64,000 nucleotides of DNA, from assembly GCA_016735395.1 (NCBI GenBank), contig JAERRO010000010.1:138-64137 (forward strand), read 5' to 3'. The stretch is from Alphaproteobacteria bacterium (GTDB lineage: Bacteria; Pseudomonadota; Alphaproteobacteria; Rs-D84; JAERRO01). Below the pieces are notes generated by a model. That model saw only the letters and a list, made by a program, of their open reading frames with translations. It made no database searches and was not told the DNA's origin. This document shows, in pieces, positions 38,374 through 48,885 of this stretch (within the stretch, counting starts at the first letter, position 1; the number at the start of each line of letters is the position of its first letter). The position numbers and the translations under genes were made by a program.

Positions 38374-39710
38374 ATTATTTTGCCGTATAAATTATTCGGA
38401 GTAGAACGAGTAATTTCTACGATATAAATTTTTCCTATTATAATGGTGTCAACAAGACTATCAGTTTTTGAGATTAAAACGGTTTGCATATAGATACTTC
38501 TTCCCAGCATAAAGTTCTTATCGATAGCATCGTCTTCAATAAATACGGTGATTTTGGTATTTTTTTGTCCTAGATTAAAATTAGTCTGAATTTTTGTAAG
38601 AGCAGATTGTAAACGATTCAGTCTGTCTAACTTCGTAGAGTAATCTATATCGTCCGCCAACTTTAGAGCAGGGGTATGATCTCTTGCAGAATATATAAAA
38701 CTAAATGAGGTTATAAAGTTTATCTGCTTTACCATCTCTAATGTTTCTAAAAATTCTTCTTCGCTTTCACCTGGAAATCCGACTATGAGGTCTGTAGAAA
38801 ACTTTATATCAGGAGAAACGATTTTTAGTTTTTCTACGATTTTAAAATAGTCTTCTTTTGTATATCCGCGGTTCATCCTTTTTAAAGTTCTATTAGATCC
38901 AGCTTGAAGAGGAAGGTGTAGGTGGGGCAACATACATTTTATGCTCCCGTCATATAAAGAAATTAAATCGTCGGTCATTTCTAACGGGTGAGCACTAACA
39001 TATCTGACTCTAGATACTTTAGGGTTTTTAGCGATATTTTTTATAATATCGTATATTCTGTAAATTTTATTATCTGCTTTAAACTGATAACCGTTGACAT
39101 TTTGTCCAAGTAAAACTATCTCCTTTGCACCTAAAGAAACGACATGATTGATTTCGTTTATAATGTCGGTAAAAGGTCTAGATATTTCTCTGCCTCTGGT
39201 AAACGGGACTACACAATAAGTACAATTATGGTCGCATCCCTCCTGTATCGTAATTTGAGCACTCGCAGGTGTCTTTTTAATTTTTGGTAAGACATCGAAC
39301 TTTTCTAATGACGGAAGATTCGTTTTTATAAATTTTTCTGTAGGTCCTTTCAAGAAGTCAAATATTTTGTGATAACTTTGTGAATCCAATACAAAATCTA
39401 CATATGGGGCTCTTTTAAAAATATTATCTGACTGGTCCTTTGCGACACAACCTACGACACCTATAAATATCGGTGTTTTTAGCCTTTTTTTTGCTCGTTC
39501 TTTTTCTTTCTGTAATCTGCCTAAAAATGAAAAGACCTTCTCACTGGCTTTTTCTCTGATAGAACATGTATTCAAAATATACATACTAGCACTCTGAAGA
39601 TCGTCAGTTTCTTTCCAGCCTTCAGTTTCTAATAGTGCTACTAACCTCGACGAGTCGTAGACATTCATTTGACATCCAAAAGTTTGCAAATAGAATTTTT
39701 TTGAACTCAT
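38370..39710 (-). CDS. miaB: tRNA-2-methylthio-N6-dimethylallyladenosine synthase
   Basis: Radical-SAM 'CDHNCTYCVVP', N-terminal MTTase Cys triad, and a C-terminal TRAM domain. The preferred start is 'MSSKKFYLQTFGCQMN' at 39710. The longer tracked ORF (to 39776) would overlap gatB by 62 nt. Confidence 0.85.
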   Translation of the reverse strand: MSSKKFYLQTFGCQMNVYDSSRLVALLETEGWKETDDLQSASMYILNTCSIREKASEKVFSFLGRLQKEKERAKKRLKTPIFIGVVGCVAKDQSDNIFKRAPYVDFVLDSQSYHKIFDFLKGPTEKFIKTNLPSLEKFDVLPKIKKTPASAQITIQEGCDHNCTYCVVPFTRGREISRPFTDIINEINHVVSLGAKEIVLLGQNVNGYQFKADNKIYRIYDIIKNIAKNPKVSRVRYVSAHPLEMTDDLISLYDGSIKCMLPHLHLPLQAGSNRTLKRMNRGYTKEDYFKIVEKLKIVSPDIKFSTDLIVGFPGESEEEFLETLEMVKQINFITSFSFIYSARDHTPALKLADDIDYSTKLDRLNRLQSALTKIQTNFNLGQKNTKITVFIEDDAIDKNFMLGRSIYMQTVLISKTDSLVDTIIIGKIYIVEITRSTPNNLYGKII

Positions 39711-39714
39711 AGGT

Positions 39715-41217
39715 CTATTCGTTAGTGATTTTTGTGAGTTGAGATATAAATATCTTTTGTAATGACTGTGGGTCACATTGACCTTTTGTCTCTTTCATAG
39801 CTTGCCCTATAAACCAACCTAAAATACTTTCTTTGCCAGATTTATATTCTGCGACTTGATTAGGGCTAGATATAATTATCTTATCGATTATCTTTTCTAA
39901 TTTACTGTCGTCGTTCTCTATAGTAATGTTTAATCTTTTTATACTCTCGTCTACGGTTCCTCCGTTTTCCAAAATATCCGTCAATATAGTTTTAGAAATT
40001 CTGCTCGGTAAATCTTTGCTATGAAACCTCAACATTAGATCTGTGTAGACCGCAGGAATTAACCCTGTGTCGCATAATTTTAATTCTCTTTTATTTAACC
40101 AACCGAAGATGTCCGACAAAAGCCAGCCTATAAATAGCTTCGCTCTGTCTTTAATATCTAATTTATCCGTAGAATTTATAGAGTGTTCAAACCAATTGCA
40201 TACCTCTTCATTAGAGACTAACAGATTTGCCTCCTTCAACGAGATGCCGAATAACTTCTTGAATCTGATTTTTTTGTCTAGAGGCAACTCCGGTAGATTT
40301 TTCTTAATGTTCGCAATTTTATCGCTACTAATGTTTATAGTCAAGATGTCGGGATCTGGAAAATATCTGTAATCGTCGGCATTTTCTTTCGTCCTCATAG
40401 CTTTGGTTTTACCGTTCGCCGTATTGAATAATCTAGTCTCTTGAGCAATTTCTTCGCCCGTATCGTACATCTTTAACTGTCTTTTTATCTCGTAATCTAT
40501 AGCCTGAGTCATAAATTTAAAGCTGTTAACATTTTTAGTCTCTGTCCTAGTCCCTAGAGTAGACTCTCCTACTTTTCTCAATGAAACATTTATATCTACT
40601 CGCATAGATCCCTCTTCCATATTTCCATCGCAAGTTTTTAATTTTCTTAATAATAACTGTAATTCTCGGACGAACGAAACGGCCTCTTCAGCAGATCTCA
40701 TATCGGGGTTAGTTACGATCTCCATTAGCCCTATTCCGCATCTATTCAGATCGATGTAAGAACTATTAGGAGATTTGTCATGCACAAGTTTTCCAGCATC
40801 TTGCTCTATATGTAATCGTTCTATAGTTATCCTTTTTTGTTCGTCCTCAGATAAAAATATGTCAAAATGACCGTGTTTGACTATAGGTTCGTCTGCTTGT
40901 GAGATCTGATAGCCCTGTGGTAAATCGGGGTAAAAGTAATTTTTTCTAGCCATCCTCGATATTTCTTGAGGAACTCCGTGAAAACCTAGCCCCGTTTTAA
41001 TAGCCATATCTACACAATGACTGTTCAAAACTGGTAGCATTCCTGGCATAGCCATATCTACAAAGTTTACATTGGTATTAGTTTCACTCGTAAATGTTGT
41101 AGGGCTAGTAGAAAACAATTTAGATTCAGACGATATCTGACAATGGACTTCTAGACCTATGACTACTTCGTAAATACCGTTTTTCCCTTTATATGTAGGT
41201 GCTTTATACTCCGTCAT
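39715..41217 (-). CDS. gatB: Asp/Glu-tRNA(Asn/Gln) amidotransferase subunit B
   Basis: GatB N-terminal core ('YEVVIGLEVHCQ', 'FDANRAG'-type regions) and a C-terminal YqeY-like domain. 500 aa. gatC-gatA-gatB order. Confidence 0.9.
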   Translation of the reverse strand: MTEYKAPTYKGKNGIYEVVIGLEVHCQISSESKLFSTSPTTFTSETNTNVNFVDMAMPGMLPVLNSHCVDMAIKTGLGFHGVPQEISRMARKNYFYPDLPQGYQISQADEPIVKHGHFDIFLSEDEQKRITIERLHIEQDAGKLVHDKSPNSSYIDLNRCGIGLMEIVTNPDMRSAEEAVSFVRELQLLLRKLKTCDGNMEEGSMRVDINVSLRKVGESTLGTRTETKNVNSFKFMTQAIDYEIKRQLKMYDTGEEIAQETRLFNTANGKTKAMRTKENADDYRYFPDPDILTINISSDKIANIKKNLPELPLDKKIRFKKLFGISLKEANLLVSNEEVCNWFEHSINSTDKLDIKDRAKLFIGWLLSDIFGWLNKRELKLCDTGLIPAVYTDLMLRFHSKDLPSRISKTILTDILENGGTVDESIKRLNITIENDDSKLEKIIDKIIISSPNQVAEYKSGKESILGWFIGQAMKETKGQCDPQSLQKIFISQLTKITNE

Positions 41218-42682
41218 TTTTTTGTCCCTTTATAATATGTTCTATTTTATAAGCTAATTTTAATAATTTTGCATCTTCGAACTGTTTACTAACTAACTGT
41301 AGACCGATCGGTAAACCTCGATCGGAGAGACCCGCAGGAATAGATATCGCTGGCGATCCTATCAAATTTATAGGTACCGTAAATAGATCTAATGAGTACT
41401 CTTTTAACGGTGATATAGTGTCGTCAATTACTGGAGCCGTATTAGGAGTCGTAGGCATCAAAATGCTATCACATTTTTTAAATGCAACCTGAAACTCGTT
41501 ATATAATACTCGTCTAACTTTAGAGGCTTTAATAAAGTAGGCATCATAGAAACCGCTAGCTAAAACTGTGGTGCCAAGTATAATTCTCCGTTGAACTTCC
41601 TCGCCAAAGCCTTGAGTTCTAGATAACTTCATCCTATCTATAAATGTCTTTCCGCTAGTGTCGCTATGCCCGTATCTGATCCCGTCGTAACGAGCCAAAT
41701 TCGCACTAGATTCTGCTAAAGCTATAGTGTAATAAGCGGGTAAAGCAAATTTTAAAGATGGTATAGATAACTCTATAAATTCTGCTCCGCTTTTCTCCAA
41801 CTTCAATTTTGTAGTAGATAATTTCTCTCTAACTTCGTCCGATAAAGTCATAGACTCTATCTCTTTTATAATACCGATTTTATAGCCTTTTAGATCTATA
41901 GACCCTTGCTCCTCTTCCATTTTTATTAGAGTAGTTAGATAATCTTCGGCTTCTTCCGTAGACGAAGTTCCATCTTTTTCATCGTGTCCCGCTATAGAAG
42001 TTAACCCGTATGCTGTATCTAGAACTGTTTTGCCGAATATGCCGGGGCAATCTAATGATGATGCATATGCAATACAACCCCATCGTGATACTAGACCATA
42101 TGTAGGTTTATATCCGACTATTCCATTATAACTCGCAGGTTGACGAATAGATCCACCAGTGTCTGTACCTGTAGCTAACAGAACTTGACCGCTAGCAACA
42201 GAAACCGCAGAACCGCCTGATGATCCTCCTGGTGATAAAGTTTCTTTGCAACTATACGGATTTTTGATAGAACCGAAAAAACTGTGGAGACTATTACTTC
42301 CCATACCGAACTCGTCCTGATTAGTCTTACCTATTAAAACGGTTCCCAATTCTTTCAATTTATTAGATACCGTAGACTCATACTGTGGGACGAAATTTTC
42401 TAGCATCTTTGATCCCGCTGTAGTTTTTATGTTTTTTGTGCAAAACATATCTTTATGGGCTATAGGTATCCCTTCTAATAATCTAGGTTTTTTATCTTTA
42501 TACATAGTATCACTACAAATAGCATCTTTGCCAGCCCTCTCAATTGTAGTCGTAATAAAGGCATTTAATTCTTTCTTCTCTTCGACCGCCTCAAGAGATA
42601 AGTTTAAGATTTCTGTAGCCGTCATCTCTCCAGATTTAAGCAATTTTAATGCCGAATAGACCGTTAATTTTGATATTTTCAT
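41204..42682 (-). CDS. gatA: Glutamyl-tRNA(Gln) amidotransferase subunit A (amidase signature family)
   Basis: Amidase signature 'GGSSGGSAVSVASG' with a Ser-cisSer-Lys triad region. 492 aa. Confidence 0.9.
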   Translation of the reverse strand: MKISKLTVYSALKLLKSGEMTATEILNLSLEAVEEKKELNAFITTTIERAGKDAICSDTMYKDKKPRLLEGIPIAHKDMFCTKNIKTTAGSKMLENFVPQYESTVSNKLKELGTVLIGKTNQDEFGMGSNSLHSFFGSIKNPYSCKETLSPGGSSGGSAVSVASGQVLLATGTDTGGSIRQPASYNGIVGYKPTYGLVSRWGCIAYASSLDCPGIFGKTVLDTAYGLTSIAGHDEKDGTSSTEEAEDYLTTLIKMEEEQGSIDLKGYKIGIIKEIESMTLSDEVREKLSTTKLKLEKSGAEFIELSIPSLKFALPAYYTIALAESSANLARYDGIRYGHSDTSGKTFIDRMKLSRTQGFGEEVQRRIILGTTVLASGFYDAYFIKASKVRRVLYNEFQVAFKKCDSILMPTTPNTAPVIDDTISPLKEYSLDLFTVPINLIGSPAISIPAGLSDRGLPIGLQLVSKQFEDAKLLKLAYKIEHIIKGQKNDGV

Positions 42683-42706
42683 TTTAATTTCCCTATATTG
42701 CTTTTT

Positions 42707-43000
42707 CTATTTTGTCTCTATTACTTTCGGTATAGAAAAGAACTTTTTATCTCCATCTACATTAGATGTATTAAAAAATATTTCCTCCCTAGTAGGTGTA
42801 GATATCTTTTTGTCTTCCCTCATCTTCATATTAAACGGAGCAGTACTAAACATCGGATCTATACCTTCAGTGTCGCAAACTTTTAACTCTCCTACCCATT
42901 CTAGAATGGAGTCTAATTTGAGATTAGATGCTACCGCCTCTGTTAACTCTAGTTGAGATAGACGGCTCATTTTGTCTGTCATTGCTTTCGTGAATGCCAT
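42707..43000 (-). CDS. gatC: Glutamyl-tRNA(Gln) amidotransferase subunit C
   Basis: 97 aa. 'LSQLELTEA...VCDTEGIDPMF' resembles GatC. It sits immediately upstream of gatA. Confidence 0.75.
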   Translation of the reverse strand: MAFTKAMTDKMSRLSQLELTEAVASNLKLDSILEWVGELKVCDTEGIDPMFSTAPFNMKMREDKKISTPTREEIFFNTSNVDGDKKFFSIPKVIETK

Positions 43001-43033
43001 TCGATACCTTATAGTTGTAATTAGTTAATTTAT

Positions 43034-43555
43034 ATGATACTAAATTATATGACAAAAATCAACGAAAATATTAACGAGTTTATAGACGATATTCCTGATA
43101 GTGGAGTAATTTTCGGTATCGACTGGGGTGGACGAGACTGTGGATTAGCCGTAAGTAACGAAGAACAATCTTTCGCTTTACCTTTTGATGTATATAATAA
43201 TATAGACTCCGATAATAAAACCTTAATCGAAGATCTAGTAAAGTTATTCAATAATAAAAGATCCGTCGCTGTAGTCATAGGTTATCCGATAAACTCTCAA
43301 GGAAAACCTACCGAAATGTCAAAGAGAGTAAAGGACTTCGCCTCTAAACTAGGAGAACAGATAACGACTCCTATTTTACTTTACGATGAACGGCACACAA
43401 CACAACTCGCTAGAATTAGTCTAGGAAGTTCGGGGTTGTCTCGTAAGAATAAAAAGAAAAGGCTTGACAGTGTAGCCTCTTCTTTTATATTAAACGAAGT
43501 CATTAGCTCTATATCGCGACGGCGGAATAAAGATACAAAGGTAATTTATGAATAA
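43034..43555 (+). CDS. ruvX: Putative pre-16S rRNA nuclease / Holliday-junction resolvase-like YqgF (RuvX)
   Basis: 'VIFGIDWGGRDCGLAVS' is an RNase-H-like YqgF N-terminus. 173 aa. An alternative start lies at 43049. Confidence 0.7.
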   Translation: MILNYMTKINENINEFIDDIPDSGVIFGIDWGGRDCGLAVSNEEQSFALPFDVYNNIDSDNKTLIEDLVKLFNNKRSVAVVIGYPINSQGKPTEMSKRVKDFASKLGEQITTPILLYDERHTTQLARISLGSSGLSRKNKKKRLDSVASSFILNEVISSISRRRNKDTKVIYE

Positions 43556-44216
43556 TAAAATAGAATATGTTTACGGCGATCTATCAGATAAACAACTACA
43601 ATCTTTTCAAGAAAGTAAATGTATCGCTATAGATACAGAATTTAACACAACTATGCTAGACTCCGGACTAGATCTTGTCGGTGCAGTGCTTTGGGTCGTA
43701 CAAATAGCACACGATGACGGCTCCGTCCTTGTCGTTCAACTAGATGCAAAAGTCGATCCTATAAATCTCAAAACACTGTTAGACGATAAAAAACAACTGA
43801 AACTTTTGCACTTCGCTAGAGCAGATAAAGTCGTAGTTTTTGAGAATCTAGGTGTAATGATGAACCCAGTTTTTTGTACGAAGATCGCTAGTAGACTTTT
43901 AACACCAGAAGAATTTGCACATTCTCTAAAGGCAATAATTTTTAGATACTGTAATGTAAATATCGATAAAGATACTGAACAACAATGTTCCGACTGGTCA
44001 AAGCCTCTATCTACTAAACAAATTACCTATGCAGGCGAAGATGTAATATATCTGCACAAAATATTCTATAAGATGGAAGAAGAACTACTCAACTCAGATC
44101 GTAGCAAAATTGCATACAAATGCTTCGACTTCTTAAACACAATTATAGATGCAGATATGACTGTTATGCAAAATATAGATATATTTAATCATAAAAATTA
44201 TCGCAATTCAAAATAA
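43548..44216 (+). CDS. 3'-5' exonuclease domain protein (RNase D-like, DEDDy)
   Basis: 'CIAIDTEFNTT' exo I motif. A conserved Tyr/Asp-containing exo III-like region lies near 'YAGEDVIYLHKIF'. Confidence 0.6.
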   Translation: MNNKIEYVYGDLSDKQLQSFQESKCIAIDTEFNTTMLDSGLDLVGAVLWVVQIAHDDGSVLVVQLDAKVDPINLKTLLDDKKQLKLLHFARADKVVVFENLGVMMNPVFCTKIASRLLTPEEFAHSLKAIIFRYCNVNIDKDTEQQCSDWSKPLSTKQITYAGEDVIYLHKIFYKMEEELLNSDRSKIAYKCFDFLNTIIDADMTVMQNIDIFNHKNYRNSK

Positions 44217-44239
44217 CATAATAAATAATAGGAAACATA

Positions 44240-44926
44240 ATGAACTTTAAAAAACTACTCATAAGCAATTTTTTAGCGGTTTTTGCCGTATTTTCTATAC
44301 AAAATCTACAAGCGGATTATGAAGATCCTTTGTTTTTATTATACGAAAAAGATGTTTTGCTGACTACTTCTCTATCTAAACAGACTAAACATTTATTGTT
44401 AAAACAAGAATTTGCCGTAGGTATAAGCGATAGGATGAACTTTAAAGCCGGAATCGGATACAGGGAAAGTTATGACAATAACGAAGACGGACAAGAACCT
44501 TTTAATTTAGCTTTAATATATAGAACCGGCGAAGCAAAAGGTGATGAATTTTTACTAGATATATTTCTAGAATATGAGTTAGGTGGAAACGATGCTTTAC
44601 CGCAATCTTCTGCAAATACTATTTCTGTAGGTTTAAGGGGGGGGTATCAATTTGAAAGGTTTACTAGTGCTATAATAGTCGACTGGAACGGAAGAGACGG
44701 TAGATATTTTTTCGACATAGCACTAGATAATCAGATACGATTTGATGAAGTGAACTCTGCTAATTTAAAATTTGAGTATAAAGATAACGGGATATTCAAT
44801 ATGGAAAAAAATATAACAGCACAATTTAATAGGCTTATAGGTGAAACCTTGTTTTCCTTCGGAGGCGGATACGATCTAAAAAATCAAAGCATACTTCTAT
44901 TATGGAGTATGAGTTTTGTGTTTTAG
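44240..44926 (+). CDS. Putative outer-membrane beta-barrel protein
   Basis: Signal peptide 'MNFKKLLISNFLAVFAVFSIQNLQA'. Alternating hydrophobic pattern. C-terminal 'WSMSFVF' ends in an aromatic residue. Confidence 0.4.
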   Translation: MNFKKLLISNFLAVFAVFSIQNLQADYEDPLFLLYEKDVLLTTSLSKQTKHLLLKQEFAVGISDRMNFKAGIGYRESYDNNEDGQEPFNLALIYRTGEAKGDEFLLDIFLEYELGGNDALPQSSANTISVGLRGGYQFERFTSAIIVDWNGRDGRYFFDIALDNQIRFDEVNSANLKFEYKDNGIFNMEKNITAQFNRLIGETLFSFGGGYDLKNQSILLLWSMSFVF

Positions 44927-46008
44927 TCCGTAATTCTAATAACTCCATCGCCGATTATTTTTATATAATCGTAGAGTTCTAACCAAGACAAAATAATATC
45001 GTACTCGGAAATACCACATTTTTCTCCTCGTAAGGTTATAGATCTGTTGAATTCTTCATATAGATTTGACCTACTTGTAGGGATAGAAGAAATTAAGTTT
45101 AAAACATCTACCGAAAATTTTGGAGCAGATTTGTCCAGTTTTTTGACAACAGTTTCTCTACCTCCGTCTTCTCGAGACCCCGTTAAATAACTTTTAAGAT
45201 GAGAAATAGAGTATATAGGTTTTGCTATACCGTCCAATAATAGTCGATTATTACCGTAATTTCTGTCGTCATTAGGAAAAGAAGGGCAAGCTAACAATAA
45301 TTTTTTATACTCATTCGCGAACATTGCCGTATGGATAGATCCAGAGTTTTCTCTAGATTCTACGATAATCGTCGTTTTAGATATAGAAGCTATTAGTCTA
45401 TTTCTCTTGACAAAGTAATAAGATGACGGGGAAACTCCTAGTGGCATATCCGATATAATTAGACCTTTATTCTTAATCTCTTCATATAAACTCCTATTTT
45501 CAGGTGGCCATGGCATATCAATTCCACCAGATAAAATTGCTATAGTATTATCTGCTCCAGCTCCAGTATGTGCAGAAGAATCGATTCCTCTAGCTAGTCC
45601 TGATACTATACCATAACCTATTTCTCGTAATTCTCTAGATATAGTTTTGGTGAACTGTAGAGAATGATAACTAGCCTCTCTAGAACCAACTATCGAAATT
45701 AACGGTCTTTTTAATAGTTTTTTGTCGCCAGCACACATTATCACATTCGTGATGTCTAACTCGTTCAACGGAAAATCTGACATATGGTTGAAAAAATAAA
45801 AATAGTCGTTCCTCTCCGCTTCCATCAACTCGGCTTTAATACTTTCTATACTAGACCATTCTTTGAGGTTAGACTGTAAAATTTTGTCTATAGTTTTAAA
45901 TCTGTCGAACAGTCTCTCTACTGTTTTTATTCCGATGCCTTGAGTCCTATATAGACGGAGCCTGTCAAAAAGTTCTGGTGTATTTAATATCGTTCTCGCA
46001 TCTGTCAT
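44923..46008 (-). CDS. dprA: DNA processing protein DprA (Smf)
   Basis: Rossmann-like core 'IVSGLARGIDSSAHTGA' is the DprA signature. 361 aa. Confidence 0.8.
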   Translation of the reverse strand: MTDARTILNTPELFDRLRLYRTQGIGIKTVERLFDRFKTIDKILQSNLKEWSSIESIKAELMEAERNDYFYFFNHMSDFPLNELDITNVIMCAGDKKLLKRPLISIVGSREASYHSLQFTKTISRELREIGYGIVSGLARGIDSSAHTGAGADNTIAILSGGIDMPWPPENRSLYEEIKNKGLIISDMPLGVSPSSYYFVKRNRLIASISKTTIIVESRENSGSIHTAMFANEYKKLLLACPSFPNDDRNYGNNRLLLDGIAKPIYSISHLKSYLTGSREDGGRETVVKKLDKSAPKFSVDVLNLISSIPTSRSNLYEEFNRSITLRGEKCGISEYDIILSWLELYDYIKIIGDGVIRITD

Positions 46009-46011
46009 CTA

Positions 46012-46647
46012 TTAAAATAATTTAGATTCTGTTTTAGATATTAGTCTCTTTATATTATCTTTGTGCCTATATATTACCAGTAAAGATATCAATATAATTA
46101 GCGGTTGAATAGATGGAATACTGTGGGGTAGAAAAAAGAAACTCCCTATTATTATTGCTATCGAAGATACTATATTTGCTAAAGACATATATCTGCTTGA
46201 GACTATAAATAACAACCATATCGGTAAAATTGCTAGAAATAACTTTGGCACGATGACTAATAATAGACCTACTGTACTCGCTACTCCTTTACCTCCGTGA
46301 AACTTATGAAATATAGAAAAACAATGACCGAAGATACCTACCGTACCTACAAAAGCTTGATGCCAAAGTGGAATGCTGACGGTATCGTATGTAAATAACT
46401 TCAATAATAGAACTATTCCACAGACCTTGAAGATATCAAAAAATAATGTTAATACTCCTAACCATAATGATGTACTGCGGATAACATTCGTCGTTCCGCT
46501 ATTTTTTGAACCGACCTCATATATATTTATATTATAAAATACCTTTGTAAAAACTCTGCCAAATGGTATAGAACCTATAATAAACGACAATACAGAAAAT
46601 ATAATTACCCAAACATCAAATGATATAGCTGTCGATAACATAACCAT
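46012..46647 (-). CDS. plsY: Glycerol-3-phosphate acyltransferase PlsY
   Basis: 'GSKNSGTTNVIR' motif and the 5-TM PlsY layout. 211 aa. Confidence 0.8.
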   Translation of the reverse strand: MVMLSTAISFDVWVIIFSVLSFIIGSIPFGRVFTKVFYNINIYEVGSKNSGTTNVIRSTSLWLGVLTLFFDIFKVCGIVLLLKLFTYDTVSIPLWHQAFVGTVGIFGHCFSIFHKFHGGKGVASTVGLLLVIVPKLFLAILPIWLLFIVSSRYMSLANIVSSIAIIIGSFFFLPHSIPSIQPLIILISLLVIYRHKDNIKRLISKTESKLF

Positions 46648-46798
46648 AACAAACCTCTTATTTATTTTTTTAATTCATACTGCAATATATTTTTTTTTAT
46701 TGCAACCCTCCTATAACAGTTCAATACAGAGAAAATACTTGACTATAACAGGCACAGTAGACTATTATAAAAAACAATAATTTAAAAGGAGTTATAAT

Positions 46799-47065
46799 AT
46801 GGCTATGTCTTCAGTCAAAAAAAGAGTAATCAGAAATGCTAAGAAAGGAAAACAAAATAAGATGAGGGTTTCTAGAATGAGATCCATAATCGTCAAATTT
46901 AATACCCTTATTAAAGCTAAAGATAAAGATGGAGCCAAAAAACAGTTTCCTAAAACTCAATCGAAAATTGCTAGTGAAGGGGGGCGGACGATGCCTAAAA
47001 AAACTGCTAGTAGAAAAATTTCTCGTTTGTCAAAGGCGAATAAAAAAATGTGTCAAGGTAAGTAA
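46799..47065 (+). CDS. rpsT: 30S ribosomal protein S20
   Basis: 88 aa, basic. 'SVKKRVIRNAKKGKQNKMRVSRMRSIIVKF' resembles the S20 N-terminus. A good SD 'aaaggag' sits 7 nt upstream. Confidence 0.85.
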   Translation: MAMSSVKKRVIRNAKKGKQNKMRVSRMRSIIVKFNTLIKAKDKDGAKKQFPKTQSKIASEGGRTMPKKTASRKISRLSKANKKMCQGK

Positions 47066-47097
47066 TACTCGTAAAAGTTTAATCTTGAATTTTTAAA

Positions 47098-47128
47098 GCA
47101 CGAAAAACGGTTTTTTCGTGCTTTTTTT
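47098..47128 (+). terminator. Rho-independent terminator downstream of rpsT
   Basis: Perfect 10-bp stem GCACGAAAAA/TTTTTCGTGC with loop CGGT, followed by T7. Confidence 0.7.
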
Positions 47129-47392
47129 GTGTAGAGTAAATGTTAGTCAAATTTTTTGTGCAGAAAAATAAAAATTTTTGTAGGGGTATTCTAAAAGTTA
47201 ATTGTTGTATTATCTTATTCTGTAGATGGAAGCATAGTTATATTTATAGTTATAGTTATAGTTCTGTTTTAAAGGGGTTGTTATAATTTTCTTTTAAAAG
47301 GATTTTTATAATTTATTTCTAAAAATATTTATAGATTTGGATTATCTACTGCAAATTTTCCTATCTTAAAAGGATATAATAAGGATACTATT

Positions 47393-48814
47393 ATGACCGT
47401 AGCTCAATTAAAAAATGAACATTTTGAAGATAACTATTCTACGGAAATTGCGATTGACAATATAGAAAATATTTTTAATAGTATAAAAGACAAGATAGCT
47501 GAATCGATCTCCGACATAAAATATAAAACTTGGATAGGACCTTTAAAAATAGAAGTTAAAGACGATAAAATCATAATTTTAGTTAAGTCTTCTATGATTA
47601 AAAGTTATATAGAAGATACATATTTATCTACTATCCGTAAGATGTTCGTAGAAAATGAGGTAAAATATAAAGTCGCCGTAGATATAAAGATGGCAACTAC
47701 TTCTCTAAAAAAGCCCGTCGCAGATAGCGATAATAGAAATGACGATAACTCTTCTTCTAGAGACATCGTAGAAGAAAGAGAAAATATTTTATGGAGTTTA
47801 GGACTGACGAAAACCGCTTTCGACGAGAAAATGACATTTGATGCCTTCATAGAAGATCCGTCGAATTTATTTGCCAAAGTCGCTATGAAACAAGTCTGTA
47901 GCGATATAAATACCGTTAGATATAATCCTGTAATTCTTCATGCTCCCATAGGAACCGGAAAAACTCATCTTTTAAATGCACTAGGAAATACATATCAAAA
48001 GAATAACAAAAAGGTACTTTACCTAACGGCACAAAAATTTTCAGAAGTCTATATTAAGGCCGTTCAATCTCAACAAGTAGCAGAATTTAAAGAGGCTTTC
48101 CTCTATTTTGATACTATAATTATAGAACATATCCAGCATATAATCGCTAGAGTCAAAACTCTAGAAACTCTGTTTAACATTATGAAAGTCTGTATAGAAA
48201 CTAAAAGACAAGTTATAATCTCTTCTACACAGTCTCCAGGACAGATACTAGTCGACTCGGAAATGAAAAGCTTCCTTGGAATGGGACTAGTCGCAGATAT
48301 CTCTAAACATTCTCCAGAACTTAAACTACAGATAGCACAATTATTTTGTAAAGAGAGAAATATCATAATAGAAACAGCTCTATTAAAAATACTAGTAGAT
48401 AAAATTATAGACATAAGATGCCTATATGCCAGTATAGACAAAATAGAACTAATGCAAAAAATAAGTAGTCAACCTATAAAAATACACGATATAGAAAAAA
48501 TCATTTTAGATATTCAAGGAAATCAAGACAGAGTAGAGTGGAACTCGGATAAAGTTATAGAGAAATGTTCAAAGCACTATCTCGTACGAAAAGAACATAT
48601 GCTTTCTAGTAGGAGAAAAGTGGAGTGGGTTCGTGCTAGATGGGTAGCTATGGGAGTTATGAAATATAAACTTAATCTATCTTCCGCAACGATAGCTCAA
48701 ATATTCAATTGTAATAGAACCTCTGTCTGTTATGCTCTAAATAAAGTCGATGTTATTATCTCTGCCGACTTCGGCGGGTACGATAGTTGCCTCGGACTAC
48801 TAGAAAAATTATAA
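47393..48814 (+). CDS. dnaA: Chromosomal replication initiator protein DnaA
   Basis: AAA+ Walker A 'HAPIGTGKTHLL' and a C-terminal DnaA-box-binding HTH domain. It is followed by dnaN. 473 aa. Confidence 0.9.
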   Translation: MTVAQLKNEHFEDNYSTEIAIDNIENIFNSIKDKIAESISDIKYKTWIGPLKIEVKDDKIIILVKSSMIKSYIEDTYLSTIRKMFVENEVKYKVAVDIKMATTSLKKPVADSDNRNDDNSSSRDIVEERENILWSLGLTKTAFDEKMTFDAFIEDPSNLFAKVAMKQVCSDINTVRYNPVILHAPIGTGKTHLLNALGNTYQKNNKKVLYLTAQKFSEVYIKAVQSQQVAEFKEAFLYFDTIIIEHIQHIIARVKTLETLFNIMKVCIETKRQVIISSTQSPGQILVDSEMKSFLGMGLVADISKHSPELKLQIAQLFCKERNIIIETALLKILVDKIIDIRCLYASIDKIELMQKISSQPIKIHDIEKIILDIQGNQDRVEWNSDKVIEKCSKHYLVRKEHMLSSRRKVEWVRARWVAMGVMKYKLNLSSATIAQIFNCNRTSVCYALNKVDVIISADFGGYDSCLGLLEKL

Positions 48815-48885
48815 ATTTAAACTTGTTTATATCTAGTAAATTTGTTATAATATAAAAAATACTAAAATTATATCAAGGAGATAAT

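Noticed and set aside
39711-39776. Longer miaB N-terminus (start at 39776) overlapping gatB by 62 nt
   Set aside because: The conserved MiaB N-terminus begins at 'MSSKKFYLQTFGCQMN' (39710), which abuts the gatB stop without overlap. The upstream 22 codons are probably read-through of intergenic or gatB sequence.
47066-47392. Canonical DnaA-box cluster (TTATCCACA) upstream of dnaA
   Set aside because: Only imperfect matches with two or more mismatches are present. The region was reported as a candidate regulatory region rather than an annotated oriC.
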